Positions 37,986 through 52,545 of a stretch of 64,000 nt of DNA are shown here, one piece after another. This DNA comes from Eimeria praecox. Its lineage: Eukaryota. Under the pieces are notes generated by a model. That model made no database searches and was not told where the DNA came from. It saw only the letters and a list, made by a program, of their open reading frames with translations. How positions within the stretch are numbered: position 1 is the first letter of the stretch; each line of letters begins with the position of its first letter. The DNA is taken from positions 7,068,001 to 7,132,000 of the forward strand of contig OY986946.1 of NCBI GenBank assembly GCA_963920595.1. The letters are read 5' to 3'. The translations under genes were made by a program, and so were the position numbers.

Positions 37986-39891
37986 ATTTAAAACAAAATC
38001 GAAAAGATAGAAAATAACGACAAATTATATTAAAAACAACTAACTACCTTATGATGTTTATACATGTATTTGCTTGAAGATACTAGCAAATACACCTACT
38101 TATCAAACTACTCTCTTTCTTTTGTAAATGTCAGCGAAAACATGTGTTGGTGTCGCTGCCCCTCCGGGTGTACGTACACCTGAAGACAGCTCGAGCTTGA
38201 AGTTGTCTACAAAGAACGATTTCTTTTTTTTTAATCTTCAGCTATCAGAGACAAAATGCGTGTATAATTGATGAAAGAAATAGAAAGAAAGCAATGTTAA
38301 CACAGCAAAACACAATAAAACAGAAGCAGCAGAAGTAAGGAGCATAGTCTGCTACTCCTACAAACCCTCCTCTCCTCACCAAAGCAACATATTCGTACCG
38401 AGTCTCCTGCTGCCCTCTTGCTGCTGCAACTAGCCTAGCTCCGTAGACTGTTTAGAAGGGTATATAGCTAGCTGGCTTGCGACGGCTAGTCAAGACACAG
38501 CACTGAATGTAGCGCACGGGCTTGCTCACTGCGGCTTACAGTACAAAGCATGAATTGAAAGCAATTTCTACTTCGTTTCTTATCTTCCAGATGCTAAGAT
38601 CGCGCGGTGTGCTGAGGTGTACAGACACTGCAGCCGTCCCCGGGAATGTATGGAACATGGGGGAAACATTCTCTTGATTTTATGATAACCGCGGACTCTG
38701 ACAGCATCATTTCTAAATCTCGCTCGATCTGTTGCTCGTTTCGTAACCATTTAAACACCTTACAGCAGGTTGTCTGTATTTAGTGAAGCAAGGGCGTAGT
38801 CCTTTTCTATGACACCTTCCCTCCTTACATTGTATACAACAGTACCCCCCTCAACAGCTTCCTTGCACACCTTCCATCAACCCCACGCATTTGGCTGCTT
38901 TGTTCCCCGCGCCTCCAAAGGCTGACAGAGCAACTTGAACGGCTTACTAAGTACCTGAATCTAAAGCACTTTCGCTGTCACGGAGCCACCAAAGCAAATC
39001 GAGCTAGATCGGTGGGCTTCGAGGCAACTGCGCCCTGAAGCGACTGCGGGAGGCTCTCTCTAGCCAAGAGACGAAGCCAACTGCGTACGAGTAGGAATAT
39101 AAATGTGTGTCTGATGGATTCTGTCTACTTTGCTGCTCTGGCGCTTCACGGGGTGTACGTGCACCTCACGAAGCCGCACTAGCGCGCTTCGGGCGTAGGC
39201 ATCTGCTACTAATGGGCTACTGCTGCTGATAGAAGCAGCATAAACCCGGGTTTATTTTATGTTAAATTATATTATATTATAGATTCCAGCAAAAAAACGC
39301 ACTTCGATAGTAGCTACTAGGGAGACGGGTACCTTTAGCAGACCTCCATGCGGGCAGTGAGACTAGAACGGCTGGTTGAGGCTGCTGCTTTGGCTGGAGG
39401 GTTTACGAAGGGAGTGCGGCATTTAATGCACTAATAAGAGTTAAATAAGATTATTTTAACCGTAAAAAAGAGCAAAAAAACCCTTCGATCATCATGAGCC
39501 GCTAGCTCTGGCACTCTACGCCGTCCCGTCTGCGCCTGCCGCTCCCTTCCCCCCACCTCCCTAGGACTCGGATTCATTAGGAGAATGCCGCTAAAATTTG
39601 GGAATTTGCTTGTGGGCAGTGGCGTTAAAAAGGGAGTGAATGTTAAGCAATATATATATGCTTAGAAAGCAGCAAAAATAATTGATTTTTCTTTCATTCG
39701 CTCATCCAAGGGAGGACCCAGCACCCCGGCTTTGTGCACCGGAAGCGCCGCGCGTCGCTCCCTTCCTCCGTCGCTACCGGCTGCCCCTGCTCTGAGGTGA
39801 GTGGCCGCAGCATTGTGGTGGCATATCAGATGAGTATTTGCTTGTTTTTTTGCTTCATTTCGCATTCGTTCAACGTTTATTTTACTCGAAA

Positions 39892-40794
39892 ATGAAGGGA
39901 GCTTTCTTCGTTCTTGCCCTCGGTGCCTTGGCAGCCGTTCATGCCGAGGAGGACCGCAAACCAGGTGATGGTATCGTCCAGCGTCCTGATGCTACAAAGC
40001 CAACCCCTGCGGGTAAGTTTTTGTTTTTTGTTTTTATTTTGTCTTGTATTCTTTCGAATTGCAAAGTACAAACACAAAGAACCAGCATCGCATCATAGTC
40101 CTCAAAACACCAATGCAGATCAAGCTGCAAGAGCATCTGCTGTTATGGGGTGCTTAGCGGAGGCCGCGGCCTCCCCCTGTTTGCACTGGAGGAACGATCT
40201 TATATTTTTCGATGTTTTTAAGCATTTAGTGATGCAGTTAACAGTTTTATCGGTGAAATTTGCGCGTTTGTTCGGCTATTCCTTCGTAGTCCTTGCTCTT
40301 GTACCGCTTCGTGGTTGGCGGGGTAGCTCAGGTGCGGGGTTTCGGGTGTATGTACAGTGGGTTTGTTGCATGTTTTTCTTTTTTTTGCAGATCTGAACGC
40401 CATCTTCAACAGTGGAGCTGGCAAGGTCAACTGGGAAAACTTCTCCCCTGAGGCTCTTGGCATGCAGCTGAACTACGATGAGATGAGCGCTGAGGAGCTC
40501 AACAAGGTTGTAGAAGCTTTCGTCAGCCTCGGTCTCATCTCCCCCGAAGAGAAGGAATCCTTCGGAGCCTCCCTTGTAGACCCTGTCATGCGCAGCATGC
40601 TCCAGACCGTTCAGGAGAACTGGCCCACAACCATGGAAAAGATTATGAACGACCCTGACTACGTGCAGTTCCTCAAGAACTTCCAGAGAAACATCGATGA
40701 GAAGGCTCTGGCAACAATTGTAGGATTGAAGGACGGACTTAGAGGAGCAGTCAAGGGTAAGGAGGAGGAGGAGACCCCTGCACCTGAACAGTAA
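39892..40794 (+). CDS. Small secreted protein with signal peptide, about 174 aa; 2 exons (39892-40012, 40391-40794)
   Basis: MKGAFFVLALGALAAVHA|EE signal peptide, canonical GTAAGT...TTTTGCAG intron, repeat-free helical and acidic body. Confidence 0.85.
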
Positions 40795-41820
40795 ATAAAT
40801 ACTTATTGAAGAGGCGAAGAGATGCAGAGATGCTGCTGTCTTCGTGATGCTGGTTAATATTATTATATTAAGATAACATCAGAGACAGATAAATAGCACA
40901 AGCATAACACTCTTTTGTCGGATCTGTTTTGGGGTATCCTTAGTGCGAAAAACTATATTTATAGTTTATCGCCATACACCCCGTTTATAAATTCTGCCGA
41001 GCGAACACTACTTGTAAGTTTCAAACAAAGAAACGGTGTCAAGCAGCATAAGCAGTTATATATATAATTATTATTATATATAAATGTATAAATATACACG
41101 AGACAGCAGCTGCATAAGGGTGTTGTCTAAACCATCATCACAAGCCTCGGCCTCTTGGCTTCGATAACAAAACAAAAATCCTTCAAGTCTTTTGAGGGAA
41201 GATAGTGGCGTGTTACGGGCTACGGAGAGTAGAGGCAGGGCTACAGACAATAGTTATTAGATAATAGTAGTTATAATATACTAATAATGAAGGGTAGCTG
41301 TATAGTTTGTTTATACTAACGGGTAGCTAAAGAAGCTATAGGCCAAGCCTATGGGCTAGAATTCTATGTACTAGGTAGGTTGTTTAGATCATGCGTGAGG
41401 ATGTTCAATGTTCACTCGACAAATCCGTTAGGATGTAAGGAATTCAAGGAAATTGATTAGAAAACTATTAGTTCTAGTTCTGGGTTGTTGATGGGTTTAG
41501 GGTTTAGAGAAACAGCCTCTACGGTGTCTCACTCCCAATTCGAATTGATAGCGAGCTAAAGAGTAGCTATGACGGTGACGCATTGTTCCGTAACGGATAA
41601 AGTGCGATATGAAAAGACTTCATAAAAATTATATTTTGAGTTGTTCCTCTCTAGATATATATATATATAAATATATAAATATATATATATATATATAATG
41701 TATCTATATATATGGATATATATCTATATATATAAATATAAATATAGATATATGAGTATAAGGGGGGGTTATGCAGAAACCTCAAACCCCGAGTATCTAA
41801 AGGGGAGTTGAATAATTTGA

Positions 41821-43414
41821 TCAAATCCGCAATATCCGTTCAACAGTGCCGTTTTTGACGCCCTCTACCTGAAGAAACAAAGAGGGAAACAAATATATTT
41901 AATTAATTCTTTCATCTGCACGAATAAAACATGAAAACTAATATACTATATTATTATTTGTTTTGAATACAAAACAGCAAGGAAAGAGAACGCGACAACC
42001 TGCTGCAGCTGCTTCTGAGGAAACAAAAGCACGAATATACGCTGAAATAGATGAATTATTGTTTTAAAATGTTTATTTTTATTTAATGTTTATTTTTATT
42101 TAATGTTTATTTTTATTTAATCTACTTACAGTATCATCGCCACCTCCAAAGAATTTCCCGTTAAGAAAAACACGAGGAACAGATCGAGCCCCCGTCTTTG
42201 TTTTTAAATAATCTTGAATTGCATCACAGAACGGATTATCTTCAATCTGTTCTACGTGCTAAGAACAAAAACAATATTATAAACAATTCAATGTTAACAA
42301 TATTATAAACAATTCAATGTTATTATCATATTCTACACTTGCAAACAAACAAACTACATTATACGCAAACTAGATATACGCCTTTATATGAAGTATATCC
42401 TTGCAAATCGCGAGCATTCAAATTATAAAAACATTCGATCATAATCAATATGCTAGATCTGTTGAAAAATAACAAGAATATCAACATTATTCAGTGACAA
42501 GTACTGGCGTTATTAAGTGCAACAACCTATATTATATAAGTATATATATACATGTAGACAGATAAAAACCATTGAATGACTTAAATAAACAATTTAAACC
42601 ATTAAATGCTCTAATTCTGTTTAAATTTGTTCATACTAATCACTCTATATTGCCGTTTGTTTACATCAAGTACAGCAGATGGAGAGTATTATTTGATGGT
42701 TTACAGAGCGTGAAAACGTTGAAGATGCCATGAAATGCCAAAGATTAAACCATGCAGGAAAAGCTACAAATAATCATGAATAAACTTAATATCCTATTCA
42801 TGTGTATGAAAGCAAACAAACCTTGAGCCTATACTGATTGCGAAGAACATAAATAGCATATCTGTAGATTGGCCGTTCATGATTCAGCTTCGTGTTGTAA
42901 ATGCATGCTGCTTAAACGTGTAATATTTGCATCAAAACGATAAATTCAAATTAAAATGATTTAAATCCGAAATTCACGTTTTGTTTCGCTCACCATGTCG
43001 CTGATGTTAAGCCTTGAGAGAGCCGAAATCGCGGCTTTGCAATGGGGGCAATAGCTGCATAACGAGCATATTAACAGAACATGGAGGCATATAATAGAAT
43101 AATTAAGCACATTTTGGCTTTATTTTAAATCAAATTCGAGAGAAATCGTAAAAAGACTGCTCTTCGTTGCAAACTTGCATGCGCTGAACACACCTCTTCG
43201 AGAACACTGTAACCTGGTGGCCTTCCACCAAATCGTCCACCCATTTCGGTACTTCGCTAGAGCTAGTAGGAGCCATTTTGAAAGCTGAAAAAGAACTAAA
43301 GTGGTTGAATTCTTTGAAGTTCAATCTTTTCGGAGAGGCAAAACAGACAGCGCGGGTTAACAATGGCCTGAGAGCGGCAGAGGGCGGCAAAAGAGAAGAT
43401 CCGAGTGTAAGCAT
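41821..43414 (-). CDS. Dithiol glutaredoxin (CPHC); 4 exons; possible N-terminal targeting extension
   Basis: VTVFSKS|YCPHCKAA.., |HVEQIE..IQDYLKTKTGARSVPRVFLNGKFFGGGDDT|VEGVKNGTVERILRI*. Confidence 0.93.
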
Positions 43415-44527
43415 TTGGCAATTAAATGATATTCTATAAAATATAAATGCATTTCATAAACGTTTACACAAACACAAACGCCATGAACTGCGGTTTCCGC
43501 AGAAATGCGACCGTGCACGAGACATTGGGTGGTTGCTGTGCAACAGCAAAACACGAACAAGAAAGCAAAGGAAAGCGCGTGGTTCTGCTGCTAAATTGCT
43601 GCTTACTTCGGAGAATATATTCTTGTTATAGTTTTAATAACTTATTTATTTGTTTTACTCCAGAGATATATTAATTTTTTAGAGGAAGCTTGACAGGCTG
43701 TATGCCAGTGCTGGAGGCACTGCCGCCGCTGACCGGCTTTCGCTGTACGTTGCTTGTGGGGCTTTGACATTTACATCTGCATTAGCTTACAAATCAATTT
43801 TAATGTGTTTGTAATTACAATTCTTTAAAAATAAATATTGATATTTAGCACAAAAGGCAGCTATCTCACGCAGGAAGCCGCGCACATCTGCATCCTGCTT
43901 GTATGGCACTTGCTCTGTTGATGTCTGCATTAAATTGCAGCGAAATCATCAGAAAAAAATCAGGAATATCCCTGTTTAACCATCATGTGCGGTGTGATAG
44001 TTAATTATTTCGTGTGGCTTCGCCTCCTGCTACCTCAACAGCAAGCTACCTTAGCAGCTGCTGTGTAGCCTACGCCTGTGTTTAGTGTAGTAGAATCATA
44101 CGCTAGAGTAGAGCAGCAACACTTAGGCTACAAGTTTATAGAAAGCATCAGACTTCTTCACTGTCAGGGTCTGTCTGAGGAGAGTATTTGCTGTTATTCT
44201 TGCATGCAAATGGGGCTGAAAGAGCAGCAGTGTTGAAACCCTAAAGTCTGAGCAGAGCCAACGCTAGAAGGAGAAATGAAAGCTGTCTTTTTATTCAAAT
44301 TAAACACGAAACCCAACAACAGCCACAGCCCCCTCTTGAGTCAAGAGGAAATGCATGTACTTCCATGCATGCATGCATGCATGCATGCATCCTCATCCTG
44401 TTTGCTTGCATGCACACACGCACACACACGCAACGTGCATATACACCTGAATGCAGCAGACATACACCTGAATAACAGGTAGTTATATATCTACCTGTAA
44501 ACTCTATTGTAGATCAAATCCATACAT

Positions 44528-45394
44528 TTAGGGGGCTGCTGCTCCCTCAAGTGCGAGTCTTTCGAGCTCTGTCACAGATAAATTATCTGTTTTCTGTCTC
44601 TTTGTTAATTTCCCCTTCTTCCTGCTGCTCTTCTCTTCAAAGCCCCCCTCATCTTGACTTAAGCTTCTATCTGATGCCTCCTCCTCCTCGTTGCTGCTGC
44701 TGTTGTTGCTCTCGGCGTCCAACACAGTGACAGCCCCGCCTGCACACAAGCCCGCAGCAGCAGCAACAGCAGCAGTAGCAGCCACAGCAGCAGTAGCAGC
44801 TACAGCAGCAGCAGCAGTACAGTCAGCATCATCAGCAGCAATAGTAGCAGCAATAGCAGCAGCAGCAATAACCCTACCTGCTGCTTCAGCTTGTCTAGAT
44901 TTTCTTTCTTTCCTCCTCTTCTTCAAATGTCTGTCTTTAACTCTTTCGCGGTCTCTGGCCTGCAGAAGATACATGTAGAGAGACAGAGAACGTCTTCTCC
45001 TTGTGCTGCTGCTGCTGCTGCTGCTGCTATTGCTGCTGTTGTTGCTGCTATTGCTGCTAATAAAATGATGATGGTGGCTCTCATCTATTTGTGTTTTACA
45101 CATCAAGACACAAGACACAGAACCAGCCCCAAACACACATTGCATGCATTCTGCATGCGCTAGAAGGGCTCCTCTGTGTATCTCTGTATATTCTGCTGCT
45201 TCTCCTTTTGTATCTTTCGTTGTTTATTAACTGTCTTCAGGTTCTTCTCTCTGTCTCTGTCTCTGTCTCTGTCTCTTCCTCTGTCTCTCTGTCTCTGTAT
45301 TTGTCTATTCTTACCTTGTCGCTGAGGTGTACAGACTCCATCTTCGCTCGCATCTGCTGCAGAAACGCCTCCCGCAGCTCGCGCGTCGCCTTAT

Positions 45395-45425
<31 letters not shown>

Positions 45426-46360
45426 TGTGGGGCTGTCGTGCGTAGCTGTCTCCTCTGCGTCTGTCTCCTCTTCTTCATCAAACATTATGTGAGAGTTAGT
45501 TGAAGCAGCAGCTAAGCCCTTTACTTTGGCGGTGCCGTCAGCCCTGAATTGCAGCCGTTCTCGGCGATATGCTGCAGCAGCAGCACAGCAGCAGCACAGC
45601 AGCAGCAGCAGGTGTATATACACCACAATGAGGAGAGAAACACAGTTAAAGAACAGAGCAAATACAATACAAACATAAGAACAAAATACAAAGAGACAGA
45701 GAAAAATACAAACAAAGATATACATAAGAATCAGAGGCTGACTGCTGCAAGGACAGGAAAGCAGCAGCAAGACACGCAGCAGCAGCACAACAAGCAGCAG
45801 CAGCACAACAAGCAGCAGCACAACAAGCAGCAGCAGCACAACAAGCAGCAGCAAAACCAGCAGCAGCAGCAGCAAAACCAGCAGCAGCAGCAAAACCAGC
45901 AGCAGCAGCAAAACCAGCAGCAGCAGCAAAGCATGCAGCGTATACCGGGTTTTGTTAGCAGCAGCTCCTGCAGCTTTTGATTTCTAACTTTCGCTGAGTC
46001 TTCTGGAGATTCTGTCTCTTGCTGCTTCAACACCAGGAAGTCCTCGCCCTCGTGGTCTGCCGTGCTGCTGCTGCTGCTGCTGCTGCTGCTGAGTGCTTGC
46101 TGCTGCTTGGCTTTGTCTTGCTTCGAGCTCGTCCCGACTTCCTGGTCTTCCCTTGCTTGCGTCTCCTGCTCCTCCTGCTTTTCTTGCTGCTGCTGCTGCT
46201 GCTGCCGCTGCTGTTCTCGCTGCTGCTGCTTCAACAGCTTCTTCGCGCGGATTTGTTCCTAAGGCGCTCAGAGAGTAGCAGCCAAAGATGCATCCTCTCC
46301 AAGGTAAACTAAGGAATATATATGCAGCAGCAGCAGCAACAACGACAGCAACAGCAGCAA

Positions 46361-46404
<44 letters not shown>

Positions 46405-46405
46405 A

Positions 46406-46452
<47 letters not shown>

Positions 46453-46586
46453 ATCGTTGCTGCTGCTGGGTCAGCACATGAAGGCATACTTTTAATCGTG
46501 CTAACTTCGACATATTCTTTTTCTTGTTTTCTCCGCTAGCAACAGCTCCTCCGCTGAAGGCGGGTGTGCTGTCTTCCTCTCCTTCC

Positions 46587-46643
<57 letters not shown>

Positions 46644-47983
46644 GTGTCTGCCAGCGTTAGATGTTCTATGGAGGGAGCAATAGAAAGACCGTAGCACAAA
46701 GCGAGTTGCTGCAGATCTAACTCTTTCAGATTAAAAACTTTCTTATTCGTCATCACAGACAAACAACGCAGGTAAGAAGAAACAGCCTTCTGGGCGAGTG
46801 ATTTCAAAGAAGAACTGCAGCAGAAGCAGCAGCAGCAACAGCAGCAACAGCAGCAGCAGCAGGAGCAGCAGCAGGAGATGCAGCAGCAGCAGCAGCAACA
46901 GCAGGAGCAGCAGCAGGAGATGCAGCAGCAGCAAAGACAGCAGCAGCAGCAACGAATGTAATGACAACCACAAGAAACGCCAAACAACAGCAGAGGCAGC
47001 AGCAGCAGCTGCTGCTGTTGCTCCTGCTGCAGTAGATCAACTGCTTCCGGCTGCAAGCATCCCTCGCTAAACCCTAAACCCTAAACCCTAAACCCTAAAC
47101 CCTAAACCCTAAACCCTAGAATTAACGTACTCAGCAGCGAGGAGAGCCTGTAGTTTGCTTTCTATTCGTATTGCGCGTTTAGGGTTTATGTTAGTTCGTT
47201 GGATGTCTATCTGAGAAGAACACAAGACACATGCAGCAAATCAAGGGTTTAGGGTTTAGGGTTTAGGGTTTAGGGTTTAGGGTTTCAACGTTATCCCTAT
47301 ATCGCTGCCTGTCTATTCGAACCCTCAATCACAACTCAGCAGCTTCTGCCTTTAGCTGCAGAAGCCTAACCGCCAACGCAGCAGCAATCAACATTAACAG
47401 GAGCAGCAGCAGCAGCAGCAACAGCAATAACCGCCGAAGCAGCAGCAACAGCGTCTTGAGGGGCGACGCTTGAAGGTAAGACAGCATTTTGTGAAGGTGT
47501 TTTCGTGTGGGGTGTACAGACAGGTGGAGGTGTTATTTTGGGGTGTATAGGGAGCTACTTTCCTTACTCCTCTAGCCTTAAGCTGTTCAATAAATGCAAC
47601 TTCAGAAGGCAGCAGCAGCAGCACTGCTTGTCCTTTACGAGTAAGACGAGCTGTCCTTCCTACGCGGTGTATGTGCGTCTCTACGCTGTCTGGACAGTCG
47701 AACTGGATCACCAGATCTACAGCTGAATTTCCCTCGTCGATCCCCGGCCCCACACCCGATCCCGACCCCACACTCGATCCCGATCCCGATCCCGATCCCG
47801 ATCTGGATCTCGATCCCCGGGGACCCTGTGACTGCACCACAAAGTCGATGCCTCGGGCTGCCAAATCTGTACTGATGAGACAGCACGGAGATGTGCGAGA
47901 AACAAAATCCTGAAAGACTTCGAGACGTTTCTGCTGCTTCTGACGCCCGTGTAGGTGCAGCAGAGACAAACCTGCAGCAGCAG

Positions 47984-48042
<59 letters not shown>

Positions 48043-49287
48043 GGGACAGAGACAAATGCAGGGAAAATATTAATCAAAAAGAGAAACGAAAGATATCCCC
48101 GTGACGCTCGTCTATGAGTCCGTGGCTTATCTGCTGCTGTGTTGCAGAAAGGAGACAGACACCCGAAAACAGAGACAGACACCCAAAGCAAATAAATATA
48201 CAACTCCCAGTGTACAGCAGCAGAAGCAACAACAGAAGCAGCAGCACCAGCAACAGCAAAGCAACAGAAGCACCACAGAAACAGAGATTCACAACCGCAG
48301 CATCATCTGCAGCACCAGCCTCTGCAGCAGCAGCAGCAGCAGCAGCCTCTGCAGCAGCAGACTCTGCAGCAGCAACCTCTGCAGCAGCAACCTCTGCAGC
48401 AGCAGCCTCTGCAGCAGCAGCAGCACCCTCTGCAGCCTCAGCAGCAACAGCCTCTGCAGCAGCAGCCTCAGCAGCAGCAGCAACAGCCTCTGCAGCAGCA
48501 GCCTCAGCAGCCTCAGCAGCAGCCTCAGCAGCAGCAGCAGCAGGAGCATCGATGTACGTACCTGGTTTTAAGAGTTTGAAGGCATCATGTATGAATTTAG
48601 TTTGTTTACAAGATGAGACGAATACAATAATTTTTTTCTTACACTGAGAACGAAGAATAGAAAAGAGAGCTGACGTCTTATGCTTTGCATGCAGGACCAT
48701 GTATGTTTGTTTTAGTAGCTGCTGTCGCTGCTGCTGCTGCTGAGGGCTGTCTGTGCAGATAGCCTCGGGTTTGCTGCTGCTGCTGCTGCTGCTGCTGCTG
48801 ATGCTGCTGCTGCTGCTGCAGAGCAGCAAACCGAGTCTATGAACAGCACTGTTTAATGTTGCAGAGAAGAGTAACGTCTGACGAGAGGAGGGGAAAGAAG
48901 AGACAATGGATTTGACTGTCTCCACAAACCCCAAATCTAAGAGACGATCTGCTTCATCTATTGCTGCATAAGGAGACAGAAGATAAACAAAAGATTTCAG
49001 TATATATGAAGAAGGAGACATACACTGTCTCCTTCTCTTGCTGCTGCACATAAAGGAGACAGTATATGTATTGCTGCATAAGGAGACAGAAGATAAACAA
49101 AAGATTTCAGTATATATGAAGAAGGAGACATACACTGTCTCCTTCTCTTGCTGCTGCACATAAAGGAGACAGTATATTTATTAACATACAAGAAACATAC
49201 ACATATAAATAAACACAGACGATCGCTGCTGCAGCAGACAACAGACAAACAAAACAATTAAACTAAGGAGACAGAGACAGAGACAGA

Positions 49288-49319
<32 letters not shown>

Positions 49320-49526
49320 CGGAGAAGAATACAAACAGAGACAGAGACAAACAAAAGAAACAAAGGAGACAGAGAATCATTACGCCAACAAAACACAAAG
49401 AAAAACAAGAAATAGGGCTTCACAAACCCCCCCCCCCAGGCAGCAGCAGACAGAAGAAGCACCTCTCGCTTCCTACAGCTGCTGCTGTCGCTCCTGCTGC
49501 TGCTGCTGCTGCTGCTGCATACAGGA

Positions 49527-49571
<45 letters not shown>

Positions 49572-49906
49572 TCGTAAGAACACCTGCACGTCTGTGTTCG
49601 AGGCCGGGAAACGGAATGCTCGAGCATCATCAGCAGCAGCACCAACAGCAGCAGCAGCAGCAGCAGCACCCCCCCAGCAGCAGCAACAGCAGCAGCAGCA
49701 ACAACAACAACAACAAGAGCAGCAGCAGCAGCATCAACCTAACCTAATATCATTAATCTGCTGGCGTCCCACATCGGAGATTCATCCATATGCTGCAGCA
49801 AACGGCCGGGAGAAGCAACAATAATATTTAATTGCGCTAATCTTTCTGCTTCAGCTTGAACGTCTTTACCTCCTATCAGACATCCTATCGACATCTCGTG
49901 ATACCT

Positions 49907-49942
<36 letters not shown>

Positions 49943-50328
49943 GCAGCACAGGCAGCAGGCAGCAGCACATGCAGGACCGGCGACAACAGCAGCAACAGCA
50001 ACCCATGCAGCAGCAGTAGCAGCAGCAACAGCACACGCATCATCATCAGCAGCAGCATCCCCTGCATCCCCACCACCACCACCACCACCACCACCACCAC
50101 CAGCACCAGCACCGCATGTAGCAGCAGCAGGAGCAGCAGCAGGAGCAGCAGCAGCAGCAGCAGGAGCAGCAGCAGCAGGATCAGGGTGATGTCTTACTGC
50201 CCCACAGCTTTAAATACATCAAATATCTGAACAGCCAGTTCCCTCGTCGGTGTTAAGACAACTGCTGCCGTCCCATCCATACCACTTATCTCCTCTCGAT
50301 ACAGCTTCTCTAATATCTTCAAACACAC

Positions 50329-50362
<34 letters not shown>

Positions 50363-50750
50363 CCGACGCATGCAACAGCAACATAAGCAGCAGCAGCAGC
50401 AGCAACAGCGACGCATGCAGCAGCAACACAAGGAGCAGCAGCAGCAGCAGCAGCAAAAGGAGCACCAGCAGCAACATAAGGAGCAGTAGCAGCAGCAGCA
50501 ACCCATGCAGCAGCAACACAAGGAGCAGCAGCAGCAGCAGCAAAAGGAGCAGCAGCAGCTAGCATCCCCACTGTATCTCCACCCACTCTCCAACCCCACC
50601 CCCAACACACACATCAGCAGCACACGTAGCCGCAACAGCACAGGCAACAGCAACAAAAACAACAAACAACAAACAACAAACAACAAACAACAACAACAGC
50701 AGCAACAACAGCAGCAACAACAGCAGCAGCAGCAGCAACAACAGCAGCAG

Positions 50751-50800
<50 letters not shown>

Positions 50801-51028
50801 TGATTGTCTCGGTGTTTTTTATTACAGGTATAACGAATGCGAGTGTCTTTCCACTTCCCGTCTTTGCTTGTGCCTTAACATCTCTCCCAGCCAATGCATG
50901 CGGGATAACTGAAGCTTGGATCTCAGTAAGTCTTTTAAAACTGCATGCATCTAATCCTTTCTGTGTTAATGAAGACAGAGGCAAATCACTAAACATCAAA
51001 TCCGTTAGGACACCTCGCTTCGTCGTAG

Positions 51029-51066
<38 letters not shown>

Positions 51067-51111
51067 GGGTTGGTGGTGGTGCTGCTGCTGCTGCTAGATG
51101 AGCCAGATGCT

Positions 51112-51142
<31 letters not shown>

Positions 51143-51425
51143 CGATAGCTGCTAAAGAAGGAGGCTTCCACTTCCCTCCTGGAGGAGGCATCTCAAGAAG
51201 GATTCGCTGCTGCAGTTCTGCTATCTCCTGCTTCTCTCGCTGCCGCAGCTTCAAGGGGACGGGGCCCCCCTCCTTGCGTCGGGGGCCCCCCTTGTGTCTC
51301 GGGGGGCCCCTGTGTCTGGGGGCCCCCCCCTTGTGTTTGGGGCCCCCCCCCCGATGGCGATGGGGGCCCCCCGAAGTGGACGGGGGGCCCCTATCGCCAT
51401 GGAAGGAGTCTGATGATGCTACCAT
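44528..51425 (-). CDS. DDX10: DEAD-box RNA helicase DDX10/Dbp4, multi-exon
   Basis: Q motif [97 protein letters not shown]. Confidence 0.93.
48960..49177. repeat. 110-bp tandem duplication in a DDX10 intron
   Basis: Two near-identical units starting at 48960 and 49070. Confidence 0.9.
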
Positions 51426-51453
51426 TATGCGCAGCTACACACCCTGCTGCTGC

Positions 51454-51496
<43 letters not shown>

Positions 51497-52369
51497 GCTG
51501 CTGCTGCTGTTGCTGCTGTTGCTACGGTCTCCCCCCAACACCCGAAGCGCCGCTGGCTGTTTTACTGATGCCTTTGCTGCTGTTGTTTGCTGCTCTCGGT
51601 TAGGCAATTGCTGCTGCTGTCACCGAGGTTTGTATTATAATACTACTTGAACGTATCTTGCTGCTGCAGCAGCAGCAGCAGCAGCAGAAGGCCCTCTCGA
51701 GTGTAGGAAGGAAGATTGTTGGGGCCCCCCACCGCTGCTGAGGGGAGTATGCGAGCCCCGATTACCTCTTTATAAAGCTGTTGAGATAACAAATCTAATA
51801 AAAAACAAAAATAAAACAATAAATATTAAATTTATTCATTAATTTAGACCTACAAGAAGGCAACAGCCCCCGCCGCTAGGACCCCCGTGTAGGACCCTGG
51901 GGCCCCTCTCAGTCAGACAACGCTGCTGAGCTGCAGCAGCTGCTGCTGTTCTTGGCTTCTGTTTATTTAATAAAACAACAAATTATTTAATTAATTATTT
52001 TATTTATAAGTAGATTAAAAGATGTAAATAGAGAAAACACCAACAAACAGCCTTCAACAGGCAGCAGCGGCTAGAGGCACACTAGCTGAGACTTGCTGCG
52101 AAGCCCTTGTCCTTGCTGCTACGGTGTATATACACCTGAACTGAATATAGGGGGTTTTCTATGCTTATTTAATAGTTGTGAGGGACCCTTAACTGCTCTT
52201 GTGTAGCTGCAGCAGCTCCGACAGCAACCGCAGCAAACCCGGCCTTCTGTGCTGCTCCCTAGCACCACCACCAACCACCAACAGCAGCAGCAGCAGCAGC
52301 AGCAGTGGGCGCAGCAGCAGCATCTGCTAAGAGCAGCTGCTGCAGCAGTAATTGCTGCAGCAGCAGCAG

Positions 52370-52482
52370 ATGTTCGGAGGGAGTAGTTTTAGTGGCTGGG
52401 GTGAATATATTCAGGCAAAGACACACAAGGTACAGCAGCAGCTGCAGAGGTCCCTTGCCTCTGAGCGAGCTCGCCAAACCGG

Positions 52483-52545
<63 letters not shown>

